This document shows, piece after piece, positions 1 through 16,778 of a DNA stretch of 64,000 nt (position 1 is its first letter; the number at the start of each line of letters is the position of its first letter). The notes beneath the pieces were generated by a model. That model saw only the letters and a program-made list of their open reading frames with translations, searched no databases and was not told where the DNA came from. The position numbers and the translations under genes are program-made. This DNA is from Ramazzottius varieornatus (taxonomy: Eukaryota > Animalia > Tardigrada): positions 62,001-126,000 of the forward strand of contig BDGG01000006.1 in the NCBI GenBank assembly GCA_001949185.1. Reading direction: 5' to 3'.

Positions 1-388
1 CAGTTTGTCTCCAAATTGGGCCGCCGAAACCCATCTATTTGTTGATCGTAAAAATTTCGTGCTCAAGTGGAGAAACCATATACTTGTACCAGTTGTGACG
101 TCAGAAAAGGTGTTGTCGATGGCCGATGGACATAAGAGTATTGGACAAGAAGACAACATGGAATTTCAATATACCGTTTGACGTCAAGGGCAGGCCTATC
201 TGGATGGAATATCAATTTTTTTCGGAAAACTGGTCTCGTTTCTGGATAGTTCCTTATCCCCTAAATCTCCAACACTTTCCTATTCGATTCCACCAAGTCC
301 GCAGGAAGGGATCACGTTTTTAAACAGTTGAAATCTGAGAAAACTACACTGCAAGACGTGGCGAGATAATCTCGTCATGGTTCTCATA

Positions 389-497
389 CAGTGCTGAAAA
401 TGCATCCCTTCCTGTGGTCACGCGACGTTAGTTACCATTGATCAACTTTCCAAGACCACGTGAAAAGAGCACCGAAAGGGATGCATTTTCAACACTG
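389..497. mobile_element. 109-bp Tc1/mariner-type MITE
   Basis: 22-bp terminal inverted repeats, CAGTGCTGAAAATGCATCCCTT and AAGGGATGCATTTTCAACACTG (1 mismatch), flanked by TA on both sides (387-388, 498-499). A CAGTG terminus with a TA duplication is typical of Tc1/mariner. Confidence 0.75.
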
Positions 498-1902
498 TAT
501 CACGTCTACGAAATCTGGCGAACTGATGAAAGGCGTCATTTGAAAAGCTAGAGAATTACTGTAGTTCGGGATTAGGAAATGGACAGCCTTCAACCACCAT
601 TTCATCAACGTACCGAGGTCTTGAAAGTGAATTTGGGATACAGGTCACAGACGAGGAAGCAAGCACGAACGGTTGGGTGCGCCTCTCAACGTATCTGCCC
701 ACGTGTCTTGCCGTGGAAACAACGTTGGCCACATGACGTGCAGTGTCATATGGAGCGCACAGTGCACGCACTGTTGTATCCCAGTGAGGAGTGCAGTCAG
801 TGCACCGTAGCACGTGTCCGAAGAAGATTTAGAAGATCCCGCGTGATCAAGATTCCACAGAGCCGCCATTTTCACCGTCAGTGGCGCCACCCATGGCAGG
901 CCGTTCGCGCACATGGTCATGATAATATTTACAGCGCGGCCTGCCAATATCCAGTTCCGAACGGTTCACCAACTGGTTTGCCATTGCCACCCGTTCTCTC
1001 CCGGCAGGCTGCGCTTGATTGGTTGAACGGTCCATGCTTTGTTCAAATTTACTGAAGGCAAAATCTTGGCTGGGACTATCTTCCTGTAGCTTTTCCTGGA
1101 GCCAACTGTGCAGCAGAGACGTATCGGACTGATGAAATAGAACAAGGACAGGATGAAGAAATGTTCCGCCGTCGAAAATCAGAGCGAGACAGCGCTTTTG
1201 GTGATAAATCCACCAAGACGTGGGCTACCAGAGTGATGTTGTGGTTCCAAGATTATCATCGGCGACGAGCAGCATTCTCTGGAAGAAAATATTGCCGTTT
1301 TCTGTACCTCGCTTACCATCTCGGGGGTTCAAAACCCAGAGTGATACTACGCCAGGGCCTAGGAGCAGTTTGAAGGCAAGATCCCGCGTGGTCAGTGTGG
1401 AAAGAGGGGAACATCAACAATGGAGCCAAAACCAACAGTTTCACGACGAAAGAACATACGCTGTCATTGATTGCTGATTGAATGCGCCACCACAACAGTA
1501 GGCTTTGAATTTTATTTTGAGTGTGCCCTCGAGAGAAAACTCTTCCCCGTCGCAAATAAACCAACAAGAACCAGTACGGCCATTTATAATACGAGAATTG
1601 AGTCTAGTATATTCAACGCCAGATAAGTTAAAACGAAGAGCGCGCCCGAAGATAAAGCGAGGGAAAAATATACAGCGATATTTCGTGGAACACTATAACC
1701 AGAAACCAAAGGAATACACAAGTGATACTATGCTCGATGGATGTAGCAGCTAGAAGGTCTCGTCCAGAGGAGTTGAAAAAGAGGATCTAAAAGACAAAAA
1801 CAAGAGTGTTGATTGTGCTGGATGTGGCGGCAATATTGAAGCGAGAGAGAGAGAGAGAAGCCATCTTGCTCACGTTTCAACGTCCTGAAAAAGAGAACTC
1901 GA

Positions 1903-2283
1903 TTATTCGTCATCAGATTCCTCTTCTTCCTCTGACTGCTGTTGCTGCTTCTTGGAGTTGCCACCAGCAGCAGCTTTGGGTGCAGATTTAGCGGAAGTAG
2001 AACCCTTGCCTCCTTCATATGCAGCCTTGTCCTTGGCGTAGCGCTCCTTATCCTTAGCGGCCAGTTTTTCGTACTTGGACTTGGTGGCAGCGTCCACGGC
2101 GGCCCAACGACGTCCCAGCTCCTTGGCCGTATCGCCCAGGCTCAAGTCGGGGTTGGAAGCCTTGACTTTGGCTCGTTCATCGGCGCAGAAGATGAAGTAG
2201 GCCGACAGGTTCCTCTTGGGCGCGTTGGCATCTTTCTTCTTGCGTCCTCCTTCGCTCTTTGCTGACGAGGCGACTTTGGGCAT
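1903..2283 (-). CDS. Single HMG-box chromatin protein with acidic tail (HMG-D/HMGB/Nhp6-like), 126 aa
   Basis: Uninterrupted ORF with KDANAPKRNLSAYFIF...AKELGRRW...YEKLAAKDKERY (HMG box) and a C-terminal EEEEESDDE. Probable 5'UTR intron at ~2305-2395 and AATAAA on the minus strand at 1511-1516. Confidence 0.95.
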   Translation of the reverse strand: MPKVASSAKSEGGRKKKDANAPKRNLSAYFIFCADERAKVKASNPDLSLGDTAKELGRRWAAVDAATKSKYEKLAAKDKERYAKDKAAYEGGKGSTSAKSAPKAAAGGNSKKQQQQSEEEEESDDE

Positions 2284-3668
2284 CTTGGAGGGAAGTCGAG
2301 CTGACTAGGGGAGAGAAATCTGAAACACCAGCGGTTGAATCCTAAAAGATTCACAGCTTCATCGAAGGCAAGAGAATTCCCTAGATAAAACGTACCTGGA
2401 GGGAAACGTGAAAGCCGAGCTGGGACGTTACAGGAATATTTTTCTGCTAGAAAAGGAGGAGAAAATGGCTGACTGCTGTTACAAAGCTGCACAACTGAAA
2501 TGGACGTGAATGGAAAGGCGAGCGAGCACAGACTGCTGTGGCAAAAGGCATCGACTGACTTGAAATCCATCAACCGCTTGTGCGCCAATTGCATGCTTGA
2601 AGACAGCCTTTAACCAGCACGTGGGCGATGGAAGACGGAAAACAGAACGCATAAGAATGGCTTTTGCCGGTGACTGGTGCAAGGTGGGGTGGCTCCCCTC
2701 GGGCCTTGCGTTGCCCTCGGGTATACAAGACGGACAAAATACACGTATATAGGAGCCGTACTTCTCCTGACTAGATGTTCGTACGTCCTACTGCTGCCTG
2801 GTTTCTATCATAATCGTCCAACAGCCTTGCACGCTGCTCGCAAAAGCACATATGAGACCTGAAATGTAAGATTCGACGCACTCGACTTTAGGCATCCACA
2901 GTGTTTGAGCTGACGTCACTCCATGCAGTTCTCCATTCGGTCGCGCCATATGGTTATTGGGTAAGCCCGCTCACATCGGCCCTTGGTCAGCATCGAAGTA
3001 CCGAACGTTGCTCCCATCCAGCTTCACTGCTGCTGAGGCGCCGACGATTCCTCCGTGGGACTCATTGGAAGTAGCTAGGGCTCTATACATGAGAACATTA
3101 TGGCCCGCCAACAGGCAACTGCAAATTCCAGATCGTACTTTATAACGAAGTGACCTGGGTCGACGAATCCCGTAAATCCCGTCCCGGATCGAGAGGGGCT
3201 AAGCGTTCGTTTCTTTGGTGTTCACATTAAATTTTTGTATTGCACTGAAAATGACACAGGCAGTAAAGGTGTACGAACAGTGCACAAGGCAAAAGAGCAG
3301 CACGAAGCAAGCAGCAGAAATGAAATGCACACAAAAGGGAAGCGGACCACATTCTCTTGTTGCTCCCATGAATGTTTACAAGATCAAGATCCATCAGCGT
3401 AATAACTACAAAGAGCTGCTAGAGTTCGGACTAGTAGAGAGTCAGAAGGAAGAGCCAAGCTACAAACGGTATCCAAACATTTGACATTTTAGGCAGAAGC
3501 TGCGCATGTGAAAACGGGTTTGTTGACGAGCATCGAAGACTGACAACAAGCTTCAGCCGGAAGTTGTGGTCCTCGGATAAGGTTTGTGCTTCGACGCGGA
3601 AATGTTTCATCCCATGACACTTGGAATCACACATAACATTATAATTTAATACAAAAAAAAGAGATTCT

Positions 3669-7684
<4,016 letters not shown>

Positions 7685-9672
7685 AACTGCGCCGTTTTCT
7701 CCACGCATTCAACTCGACTTCGGGAGACGGTTTCGGGCCAATAATGTTTCTTTGAGTCACTTCCGTTGGCTCTGCGAATGACTGTGATCAGCGCCGACGA
7801 GAAAAGACTGATCCATCACCCACGCTAAAGTCGTGTCGACAATTGCAAAAGAACATGCCAACAGGCAATCCTCTGGCTTTCGCAATCGTTGCTGTCCCTT
7901 CAACTTGTGCAGCACCAATCCTTCTATTCTGCGTCGCAAACGGGCACCACTTTAGTTTCCCGATCAGTCGTCGTCGGTCCAAGGTTTCCTTCTGGCTGCA
8001 CGGTCTTCCGTCTCCGTTCCGTCCTGTCAACAGTCACATCTTCAATCATTACAAAGCAGCTCTGCGCATTCTCATAAAGCCTACCCTCATGTCAACACCC
8101 ACAACGGCTACCATATACAAAACACACACGAGCAGACCCGCGACCAAGAACAACACGACACTGCAGCCGCAGCGAGAAAACGGCCAAGGGAAAATAAGTG
8201 AGCAACCATCAACCCACCCAGCTCAACAATCGCCTCAACACAATCAACTGAAACTCTCGTTTCCCTTGACGCGCTCAATCAACAGTTTGACCCACACACT
8301 AGGCAATCAACTGAAAAGGACCGCACCAGTGACAAATCAGTGAATCAAACGATGGAAGGCGTGGATGAGTAGTTATCAACAATTTGAATAGTCGGGGCTT
8401 ACTGGTCTTTTCAAGTTTTGATACGAAATCCCGTTCGATTGTCAGGAAAACAATTTTTCCGCTGCGGGCACTGCTTTTCAGCTAGGTTGTTGCTTCGTGA
8501 CGTGTGATGAGGGGAAATAAGAAGGTAACGAAGCAAGACGGGCGATAATTGTTGGCCGGAATCTGGAGAAATGGCTTTGATACACAAGCAAAGTAGGGCA
8601 AGAAAAGATACCTGATTGGAATTCCATAAAGTTATGAACAGCCCACTTACGCCTCGCTCTCACTAGGGAAGATGTGTGCCGAGTAGAGATGCCGTCGTCG
8701 CGGCTCTTCGTGCTGCTGTGAGGACGGAGCGCGGAGAGAGCGAGATGAGTAAAGCGATAGATCGAAAATATGAGATGCGACATCCATCGGAAATACTGTA
8801 CATGCGCCACTCGTAAGAATATTGTCAGCGTCTAGACAAAGCCGTGACGTCAGTCGGCTCAGGGCCGTGCTGACCACGACACTGCCCAAAATCTGTTTCT
8901 GACGAGTAAGCTCAACCGCTCTGACCTCTACTGAATTGTAATTGGTCACAGTACAGGCTGACCACTGTCCGACAGATCACCATGGCACACAATAGCGCCA
9001 TCTATAGGCCGGATATAACAGGTCTAAATTTTCTCAGGTTCTGAAGCCAGATAAAACTTTTGGTCTTGATGACCGAAAGGAACAAATCGAGGTGATGAGG
9101 TCTTCTTGGACTTTGTCCTTCCTTCTTATGGTGTGCGCGATTCACCCAGATAATGGTAGCGCCTGACAAACCCGAGGCTCGAGTGCGAAGAAAGCAACGT
9201 CAGTCACCCAAATTCGTATGTATCTTTTCACACAATCTAAATGATTGTCCTCAACCATGCAACGTAGATTTTAAATACGAGGGTTCCGTGGAATAGCAAC
9301 TAACAGCGAACTGCATTGTTTTGGCGGAGATGCTGGGACTATGAGCCACAGTTTATCATAGAGTCAGCGCAATTTGAGTCATCCAGAAGAGAAGGTGGGT
9401 CATTGTTGTGGAAACTTTATCCCTTTTCCTTGTTCCACATCTCCTGGTTGTTTTCTGTAGAGTAGTTTGCCCGACTCAGCTGCATGGCGCTATTCGTGTC
9501 ATTCGCTACTAAGGCAGCCCTCTGACCTGCGACCTCACGGAAACCAGTCATGATACTAAGGAGCTCATTTTCTTGCCTGTTTTTCTTCTCTTTGTTGATC
9601 TCTCTGATTATCATATTTTACCCTACTGGATCCTGTTGAGTCGACCTGCTTCCTCTGTCACCCCGTTGCTGG

Positions 9673-10860
9673 ATGGATCCCGTACTTGCTGACTTCATAG
9701 CGGGGACACTGGGCGGATGTGCGGGCGTTATAGTGGGTTATGTAAGTACGTACTACAGTACTTGACTTGATCATTTAGTTCGATATAATCAATTTATGTA
9801 TCCTGGTTGCGCCAATCCCTGTAACACCGTACAGGAGACAATCTCTTGTTCTAACACCAGCCTTTTTCCTAGCCGTTGGACACGGTGAAAGTGCGGTTAC
9901 AAACCCAAAGCGCGACGGCGCCACTGTACAAAGGGACATACCACTGCCTTGGCACAATCGTCAAGAACGAATCCTTCTGGGGCCTGTACAAAGGGATGTC
10001 CAGTCCCCTGTGTGGAGTCGCTGTCATCAACGCCATCGTTTTCGGCGTCTACGGAAGTGCCATGCGCTTTCTGGGCGAGAATACTCTCAGCAACCAGTTC
10101 CTGGCAGGAGCATTCGCAGGAGGAGTCCAGTCAATCATTTCTTGTCCGATGGAACTAGCCAAGACAAAAATGCAGCTACAGGGTGTCCTTGGGCCAGATG
10201 CCATGCAGGCCATCAAAACGGGTTTCGCTCAGAAGCCGGCTCTGTACAGAAGTCCTGTTGATTGCTTATGGAAGCTGTATTCCACTCAAGGTGGGTGTTG
10301 CCGGCATCTGTCAACAGTTGAACCAGGAATTGAAGTAATGAGGAAATAGCATGGCTGTTAATACTGTAACTTTCAGTTCCTCGCTCATTCACTGTACTCG
10401 CGTGTTTTCAGGTGTGCGTGGTGTCTATCGGGGTTTCGGCTCGACGTTGACGAGAGAACTGCCCGGTTTCGGAAGTTATTTCTTCTCCTATGAAGTGCTG
10501 ACGCGAGCCATGACTCCCATCGAAGGATACGACGATGATGGCAAGGCTGTAAACGGTCAAATCGGTATAGGGAGGCTGTTGATGGCTGGCGGCCTCAGCG
10601 GTATTATCTCCTGGCTGGTTTCATTTCCGCAAGATGTGGTCAAATCCCGGTACCAAGCTGACGAGCAGTACACTTCGGCTCGCCACTGCGCCTTGCAAAG
10701 CTACCGCTCCGAAGGTGTCTCCGTCTTCTCCAGGGGCCTATGGTCCACCGTTCTTCGTGCATTTCCCACAAATGCTGCCACTCTGACCGTTGTTACGCTC
10801 TTTTTACGCTACGTCAGCGACCTCAACGACGAAAAGTACTTGCAAGGATTGATGTTATGA
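9673..10860 (+). CDS. Mitochondrial carrier, SLC25A29/45/48-like (basic amino acid/carnitine-type), 3 exons
   Basis: MDPVLADFIAGTLGGCAGVIVGY|gtaagt then PLDTVKVRLQ. Three Px[DE]xx[KR] signatures (PLDTVK, PMELAK, PQDVVK), plus GLYKG, GVYRG and RAFPTNAA. Confidence 0.92.
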
Positions 10861-11317
10861 TATGGTATATCGTTTCGGTAAAAGAGCTTGTTGGCACGAT
10901 ATCTTAATCACGCGAATCGGCATATCCGATTTCCCTGTGAACTTGGATGTTCTAGCTAAGTATAATCTTGTGCATGTTACGTTGGTGTCCACGTACCGGA
11001 GCGACTAGTACCGTATAATTCCCACTTTACGTTGCGATCGTACAGTTGTGTTCAGTAAAAAGGCCTATATATATAAGCACGTGTGATCGTCAAGCCCTAA
11101 GTCAAATTCAGTTCAAAGTTTGCTGCAATTAACAGCATTACAGGTTGAGTCTCATGATGAAACGCTTTTCATTCAGGATAAAGAAATGCAAATGTGTTTG
11201 GCGAGACTGTCAAAAGATTACCTCCGTGGTGTTAACAGGCTGAAGCTTGTGACTTTCAGACCTGCTCGACACGATTATTAATAGGAAAAACTTGAGAACG
11301 AAAGAATGATTATGATA

Positions 11318-11459
11318 CTGTAAACATTCGCTGCGTCTGCGCAGTACGTCATCGTACAAGTGAAGTAGAGCTCCGGTCCGGTTTCACGGACTGCGCAATC
11401 CCCTACGGGGGTGCGCCATGTACGTGTACGTACTGCGCGGACGCAGCGAATATTTACAG
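11318..11459. mobile_element. 142-bp MITE-like element (pogo/Tc-type CTGTA end)
   Basis: 32-bp inverted repeats, CTGTAAACATTCGCTGCGTCTGCGCAGTACGT and ACGTACTGCGCGGACGCAGCGAATATTTACAG (2 mismatches). TA on the left and CA (mutated TA?) on the right. Internal hairpin GCGCAATCCCC-TAC-GGGGGTGCGC. Confidence 0.7.
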
Positions 11460-11617
11460 CAGAGTTTTTGCCAGTAGTCGAGGTGAGATAAAGCTCTGTC
11501 ATTCCACGGTAACGTTTTCTCGTTCACGACTTAGCAGTCCGATGTGCAGAGCTGGACCCACAGTCTAAAACCTTTTCCTGCAAGTTGGACGGGAAACGAA
11601 CCAGCTCTCGCGTCGCG

Positions 11618-14600
11618 ATGGACAATAAAGTCATGCACAAACTTAGATGGAGATGGCCACTTCGGAATCCATTCTCTCGCAACCAGGAAATAGTCGGTCG
11701 CCACTAACAAGTGTGCAGTCTCTTTGGATGGCGACCCAAGTGGCTAGAACCTTTCAACAACATGAAGGTCAGTACCGAGATCTGCCTATCTCTTTCTTTT
11801 ATTCACACAGATAGTACTAGCTTGGAACCTGTGAATTATTTGTTCTATCCGTATCTTGATGAGTTTTGTTGTTACACCGAGACTAAGATGTCGAAAAGAG
11901 AAATGGAGCTTTGATTTTCCGCTGCATATTTACTTAAGCGGTACAGGTCTTCGTGGTTGCCAACATGGAAACCACACCAGGAGCCGACATCCCCTACCAA
12001 GATGCCTTTCTCGGAATGTTATTGAAAACTACCGTAGAAAGAGGCTCTTGTTTTCGGCTATGCAAACTTGCCAAGTCAGGCACCTTTTTCTTTTGAGTAG
12101 CTTTACACACCACAACGAATGTAAAATTCTTCAGTTTTCATGGCCGGAGCAGTTTTGGGTACGAATATATGGGGTGTAAATGATCGAGAAGCTTCCAAAT
12201 AGTCGCATGTACAGTCTTTTGTGCTGGTCCCGTGGACACTGCCATGCTGTTTTCGGCTAGAATTGTCTCGGAATGAGACTCCAGAGAACTCCGACGAGGA
12301 ATGGCTGGCTGTAAAGGCCGACGCTTCATACCAAGGTCGTGACAATTCCATGAGCATTGCTTTCAATGTTTTGTTACGAGATCCGTTGAATTCAAACGAG
12401 TATACTTCCAAAAGTCATCAGCCTAAATCAATGACATAATTTGATCCATCTTTTATAATTGTTTTCGGTCAGTGCGTTCTAGGTTTTCATGGTCTGTCTC
12501 GTCTGCAGCGACATCTTTAGAGGTACACCGCATGTAGACGCTAATGTCAGGATAGCGCGGAACTGTATAAGGATACACGTTCCGTGGTTACTGCGACGTA
12601 ACGTTCTCTTCTGTAGGGATATATCAGTCGAATTCAGTAATGATCCCATCCATCACACGACGATTTGGCTTGTCTTCCGAGTCGATCGGTACACTGAGAG
12701 CGATGGGTGATGTCAAGTAAATTCCACCTTTCTTTTGTCGGACCGAGACGTTCCAAAGGCCGGAAGAGAAACCAGGTGTTTCATCTTGCAGCCATCTACT
12801 GGTGGCGCTATTCATCGCACATTACGGTGGTTCGAGCCATAGACCTCGATGGATGGCTTGTGGACTCTTGTTCGTCGGAGCAGGGATGGCTGCACCGGAG
12901 ATTATCTCTCCTGCTGATGCAGCCAATGTACGGCCTCCAAGAGCAGCCAACAAGGCGGCGGTGCACGTCACAGACGAAATGTGTGTCCCCTTGCGCAATA
13001 TCAGCTGGCAAACTTCAGGGCAAGAAGACTGCACAAATTCCAGAACGGTCGACGTAAACCCCTTGATTGCCATGGGCGTGGCTAAGTTCACCATCGGCCT
13101 GGGAGCTACTACCACTAGGATTCTCGGTCTGGTAAGCTTTCCGTGATCCTGTTTGGTTTCGCCTCACGATGCGGTGCTTTACATGAGCATCCTACCGAGC
13201 GGCAAGTACCTGTTGACGTTCTCTTCTGTGTAGCCGTTTGTGGACGACAATGTCACGTCAAAAAACTCGCCCATCTATTTTGGTAAGTGTGCAACACTTA
13301 ATACTGTCAACTGACTTTGACTTGACAGAGACCTCGAAAGCTGGCCTGACCAACGTTTCCGCAAACAGCCGTGTCATTCTCTGGATTCGTCTTTGGTCCC
13401 CTTATTGGATCGCTTTGGCGTCCTACTTCAGCACCATCCACTTTGATTTCACCGGTGCGAAGCAAAAAAATTGACGCATATTTTTCCTGTTTGGCACACT
13501 TAGTCATGGCGGCTTTCCAACCCTAATCTGACATCAGAAATTCGGGAATAGTCGATTGCTTGGAATATCGAACATGACACCATTTGACACCTCCAAAAAG
13601 AGTTTGGCGAGTGGAGAGAAGGTAAGCGGGACACCTGCTTTACCTGAAGCAAACTTGGCGATGCCGCCAACTAATTGCTTCACTCATCATACAAGGAGCC
13701 AAGGCCGGTCAATGCAGTTCGGCACCGCCCTGCCCTGATATAATCACGCACTGGTGTGACTGCCACGTGGCTCATTCAGCTGCCACTGGCCTAACATTCA
13801 CCCGTGACTGACCCTATCACACAGGCTGCAGCCATATAAACTTTTTCCTTTCGTGTTTAGAATGAGCGATCAAAGTTCAGTGCTACAGTGAAAAGATGTC
13901 GGTTACACGTACCGATCAGCTTTGTTTGTAAAACCGATAGAAGTCAGAAACTGACCGCTGGCGAAATCAGCTGTGAAAATGGCAGCATTTGTCACCCACA
14001 CCCTTGACGCTAAAGTTGATATCTTCGTAATCTCCAGACAAAGTGGCATCATTGCCTGTGGTCTAACATCCTACAGAGGATGCCCCAGATGACTGCATCA
14101 GCCGTTTAGTACACTTGTTTGACACCCGTCCAGATAAAGTTTTTTTCCTGAACAATTCAGAATTTTTTCAGATGCGCCAGTTAGAAAAAACACGCGTCAA
14201 TTGATAGTGTCAGCGCGGCCTGTTTTCTGCTATGTATCTAGGACATCGTATATCCAAAACGCCGCAGTGATTTTTTAGTGCCAAGTTACAATTCTTTGAC
14301 CCTCGATGGATATCGGCTTGGTACTTGGGTTTCCTGGTTTCCGGCTTTGGTGTGTGCTCATTCGCCCTGCTGTTCTCGGTAAGTCTACGTAGCTCTGATT
14401 TTACTGCATACGGTTTATGTGCAGCTGTGTACGGTGCGTACAACATTACCGATTTTGAAATCGCGTTCTGCGGCAGTGTTTTCCGTCAAAGATCAAGAAC
14501 AATAATAGTTCCCCATCAATATTGGATGATTAGAAAGCCGAGCTTGACGGCAATACATTACGCAGGCTGAGCGTGGCTATCGGAGGACCCGACAAAAAAC

Positions 14601-16778
14601 CCAACGACGGGAAGAATGCAACAACGGTCAGCCTAAAAGGTAAGAACATCAGCGAACAAAACCAAAAACTCTGCGCACGCAGAGACCAGTGGAATTTATA
14701 CTTTGATGTCGTGTCTAATTTTAGATCTTCCCCGAAACCTCAAGAACTTGTTGACGAACAAGGTCTACGTCATTAGTCTGCTAAACAACCTCATCAGTTC
14801 ATTCGTCCTCGCAGGTACTGGGTTAAGGCCCATTTCCAGGCAATTTACAATTTTCACAGTTAACAAGACACACAGTTTCCTGATGATATTCTCAATTTTT
14901 TAGGTTACGTGTCTTTCATGCAGATGTTTTTGAAGCAGCAATATCAGCTACCGCAGTCCGTTTCGAGCTCGGGTGGAGGTAACAACAATTATTTTGGCCT
15001 TTCTGTGCTGTACTAAATTCTACTTCCGCTCAGCTTTTTGTCAGTGATTTTGGTGTCAAGAACGCCAGGGCTCATAACGCTGGCTATACACTGGCCATGT
15101 CTAGGTATACCACCAATCCTAGCAGGCTTTATTGGAGTATTCTTCTGCAGCTTCACCATTCGGCGATTTAAATTCCGGCCAACACAGGTGGCAATTATGA
15201 TGGCACTTTCCTCGGTGATTGGTGCAAGCTGTGATCTTGGTGTCATTCCCATGGGTTGCGAAATTCAGTCCATCGTTGGTCTGGATAAAGACGAATCGCG
15301 CAATTCGTGAATAGCAGCTAGCTAGTTATCAGTGCTCAACGTTCGACTTGTCGTGACTTGCCTGTAGGACCCTGTCCGACGGGAAAATATGTCATCTGCA
15401 ACACAGCTGTAAATGCGAGAAATGGCAATTTGTGCCGGTGTGCAATCTTCTGACCAATACAACGTATCCGTCCCCCTGCTATGCCGGATGTCGCAGAGCT
15501 GACAAGTGAATGTGATAAGAGTCGTCATTCCTCCCACAAATCATAAAACTCTATTGGTCCATTGCATAATACAGAGAACAGTGTACCATGGATGCTCTTG
15601 TGCCTGGCATGGACCGATGGAGAGCCAAGCCACTCGCGCCAAGTGGCTAAGCTCCCGAGAGAAAGCAGGCGCCACCGCTGCGGCTAACACGACCAACAAA
15701 GAGGCGAAAATTGTATCTGGAATGTGCAAACCCAACTGCATGCGGCCTTTCATCGGCTACGTTGTGTGGCGAAATTCTTCATGGGGATTCCGCTTTCCGG
15801 CATCCTCATGCTTCAATTCAGGTAGCGCAGAAAGTTGCGAACTAAACTGCGTCCCGCATACTGTATATTGAGCGTGCAGGGTTGAAGACCTACGGACCTT
15901 TTCCCGTTGCATAGGATCGTTGAAACTCACGAGAAGAGCATGGATAACGCCGTTACTACAGTTGTCACGTCAGGCCTGGGTATGCTGCCGGCCCCCATAG
16001 TAGCTGGAAAACTGATCGACGGAGCTTGCTTGTTGTGGCAAAGGTCGCCCTGTGGCCATCATGGTGCTTGCTGGATTTACGACATGGATCTCTTTCGCTT
16101 CAGGTATGCCGCATTTATAATGGGGCGGAGTAAGTTCATAGGATTTTTTTAAGGTATTTGATTCTAGACTGCATGCTTTGGTCGGCCTGGCGCGATTCGT
16201 ATCGGTCCTTCGAGAACTGGCGGTAAGTAATCACGTCACGTGCACGGCAACGTTAATGGGCTGCAGGTGTAGCGATCAATTAAGGCAGTACCCCGCCCCA
16301 GCCAGTTTACGGTTCCCGCTGACTCCAAAAACCGTTCGCCGAAAATTCAAAAGCTCCCTGATGTTTTAGCGTAAAATGAGCGTAAAAACAAATCACGCTC
16401 AGCTTACGCTCCGATAACGTCATAGAGACCGCGTAAACGCAGCGTTTAACTCAAGACAAAAACGTCGTCTGTGAACCCAGCGGGAAATTATGGCGACGCG
16501 TGATTTTTTTGGGGCGGGACGTGGTTGGGCGGTCCTGTTTGCAGATAGCGTACTATGTACGGCATATTACGTTCGATCGTCAAGCAGATGAGAAGAAGAA
16601 TACGTCGGGATCAGCCATTGAGAGAAGAGCTACAATGTTGGTGGCGACCTCTCAGGTTACTCTGGTTGCATCTGAAAAGCTGGACCAAACCGAAGCAGAC
16701 CCCCACACAGAAACTGTCACAAATCGACAACAAAGGAAGTCGATGGTGTTTCAGCTGGACGGGAAGAAGCTAGAATAG
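11618..16778 (+). pseudogene. Organic anion transporting polypeptide (OATP/SLCO) gene with multiple disablements
   Basis: OATP motifs in order: CSLFGWRPKWLEPF, SITRRFGLSS, HYGGSSHRPRW, VDDNVTSKNSPIY, DPRWISAWYLGF, Kazal-like PVC...TYPSPCYAGC, PAPIVAGKLIDGACLLW...CGHHGACWIYD. Disablements: in-frame TAA at 11705-11707, a frameshift at ~13410 (GPLIG / ALASYFS) and a frameshift at ~15768 (GYVV / AKFFMGIP). Confidence 0.8.

Noticed and set aside
556-1477. Overlapping ORFs of 60-158 aa on both strands
   Set aside because: No recognisable domain or consistent splice model.
12103-12411. Minus-strand ORF containing CTCDY...HIF, resembling a SWIM finger of a MULE transposase inside an OATP intron
   Set aside because: The third Cys is missing and there are no other transposase motifs or TIRs; too weak to call.
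16290-16520. Partial inverted repeats (TTCCCGCTG/CAGCGGGAA, CCCGCCCC/GGGGCGGG) in the last OATP intron
   Set aside because: Matches are only 8-9 bp and the ends cannot be defined. It may be an old MITE but is not supportable.
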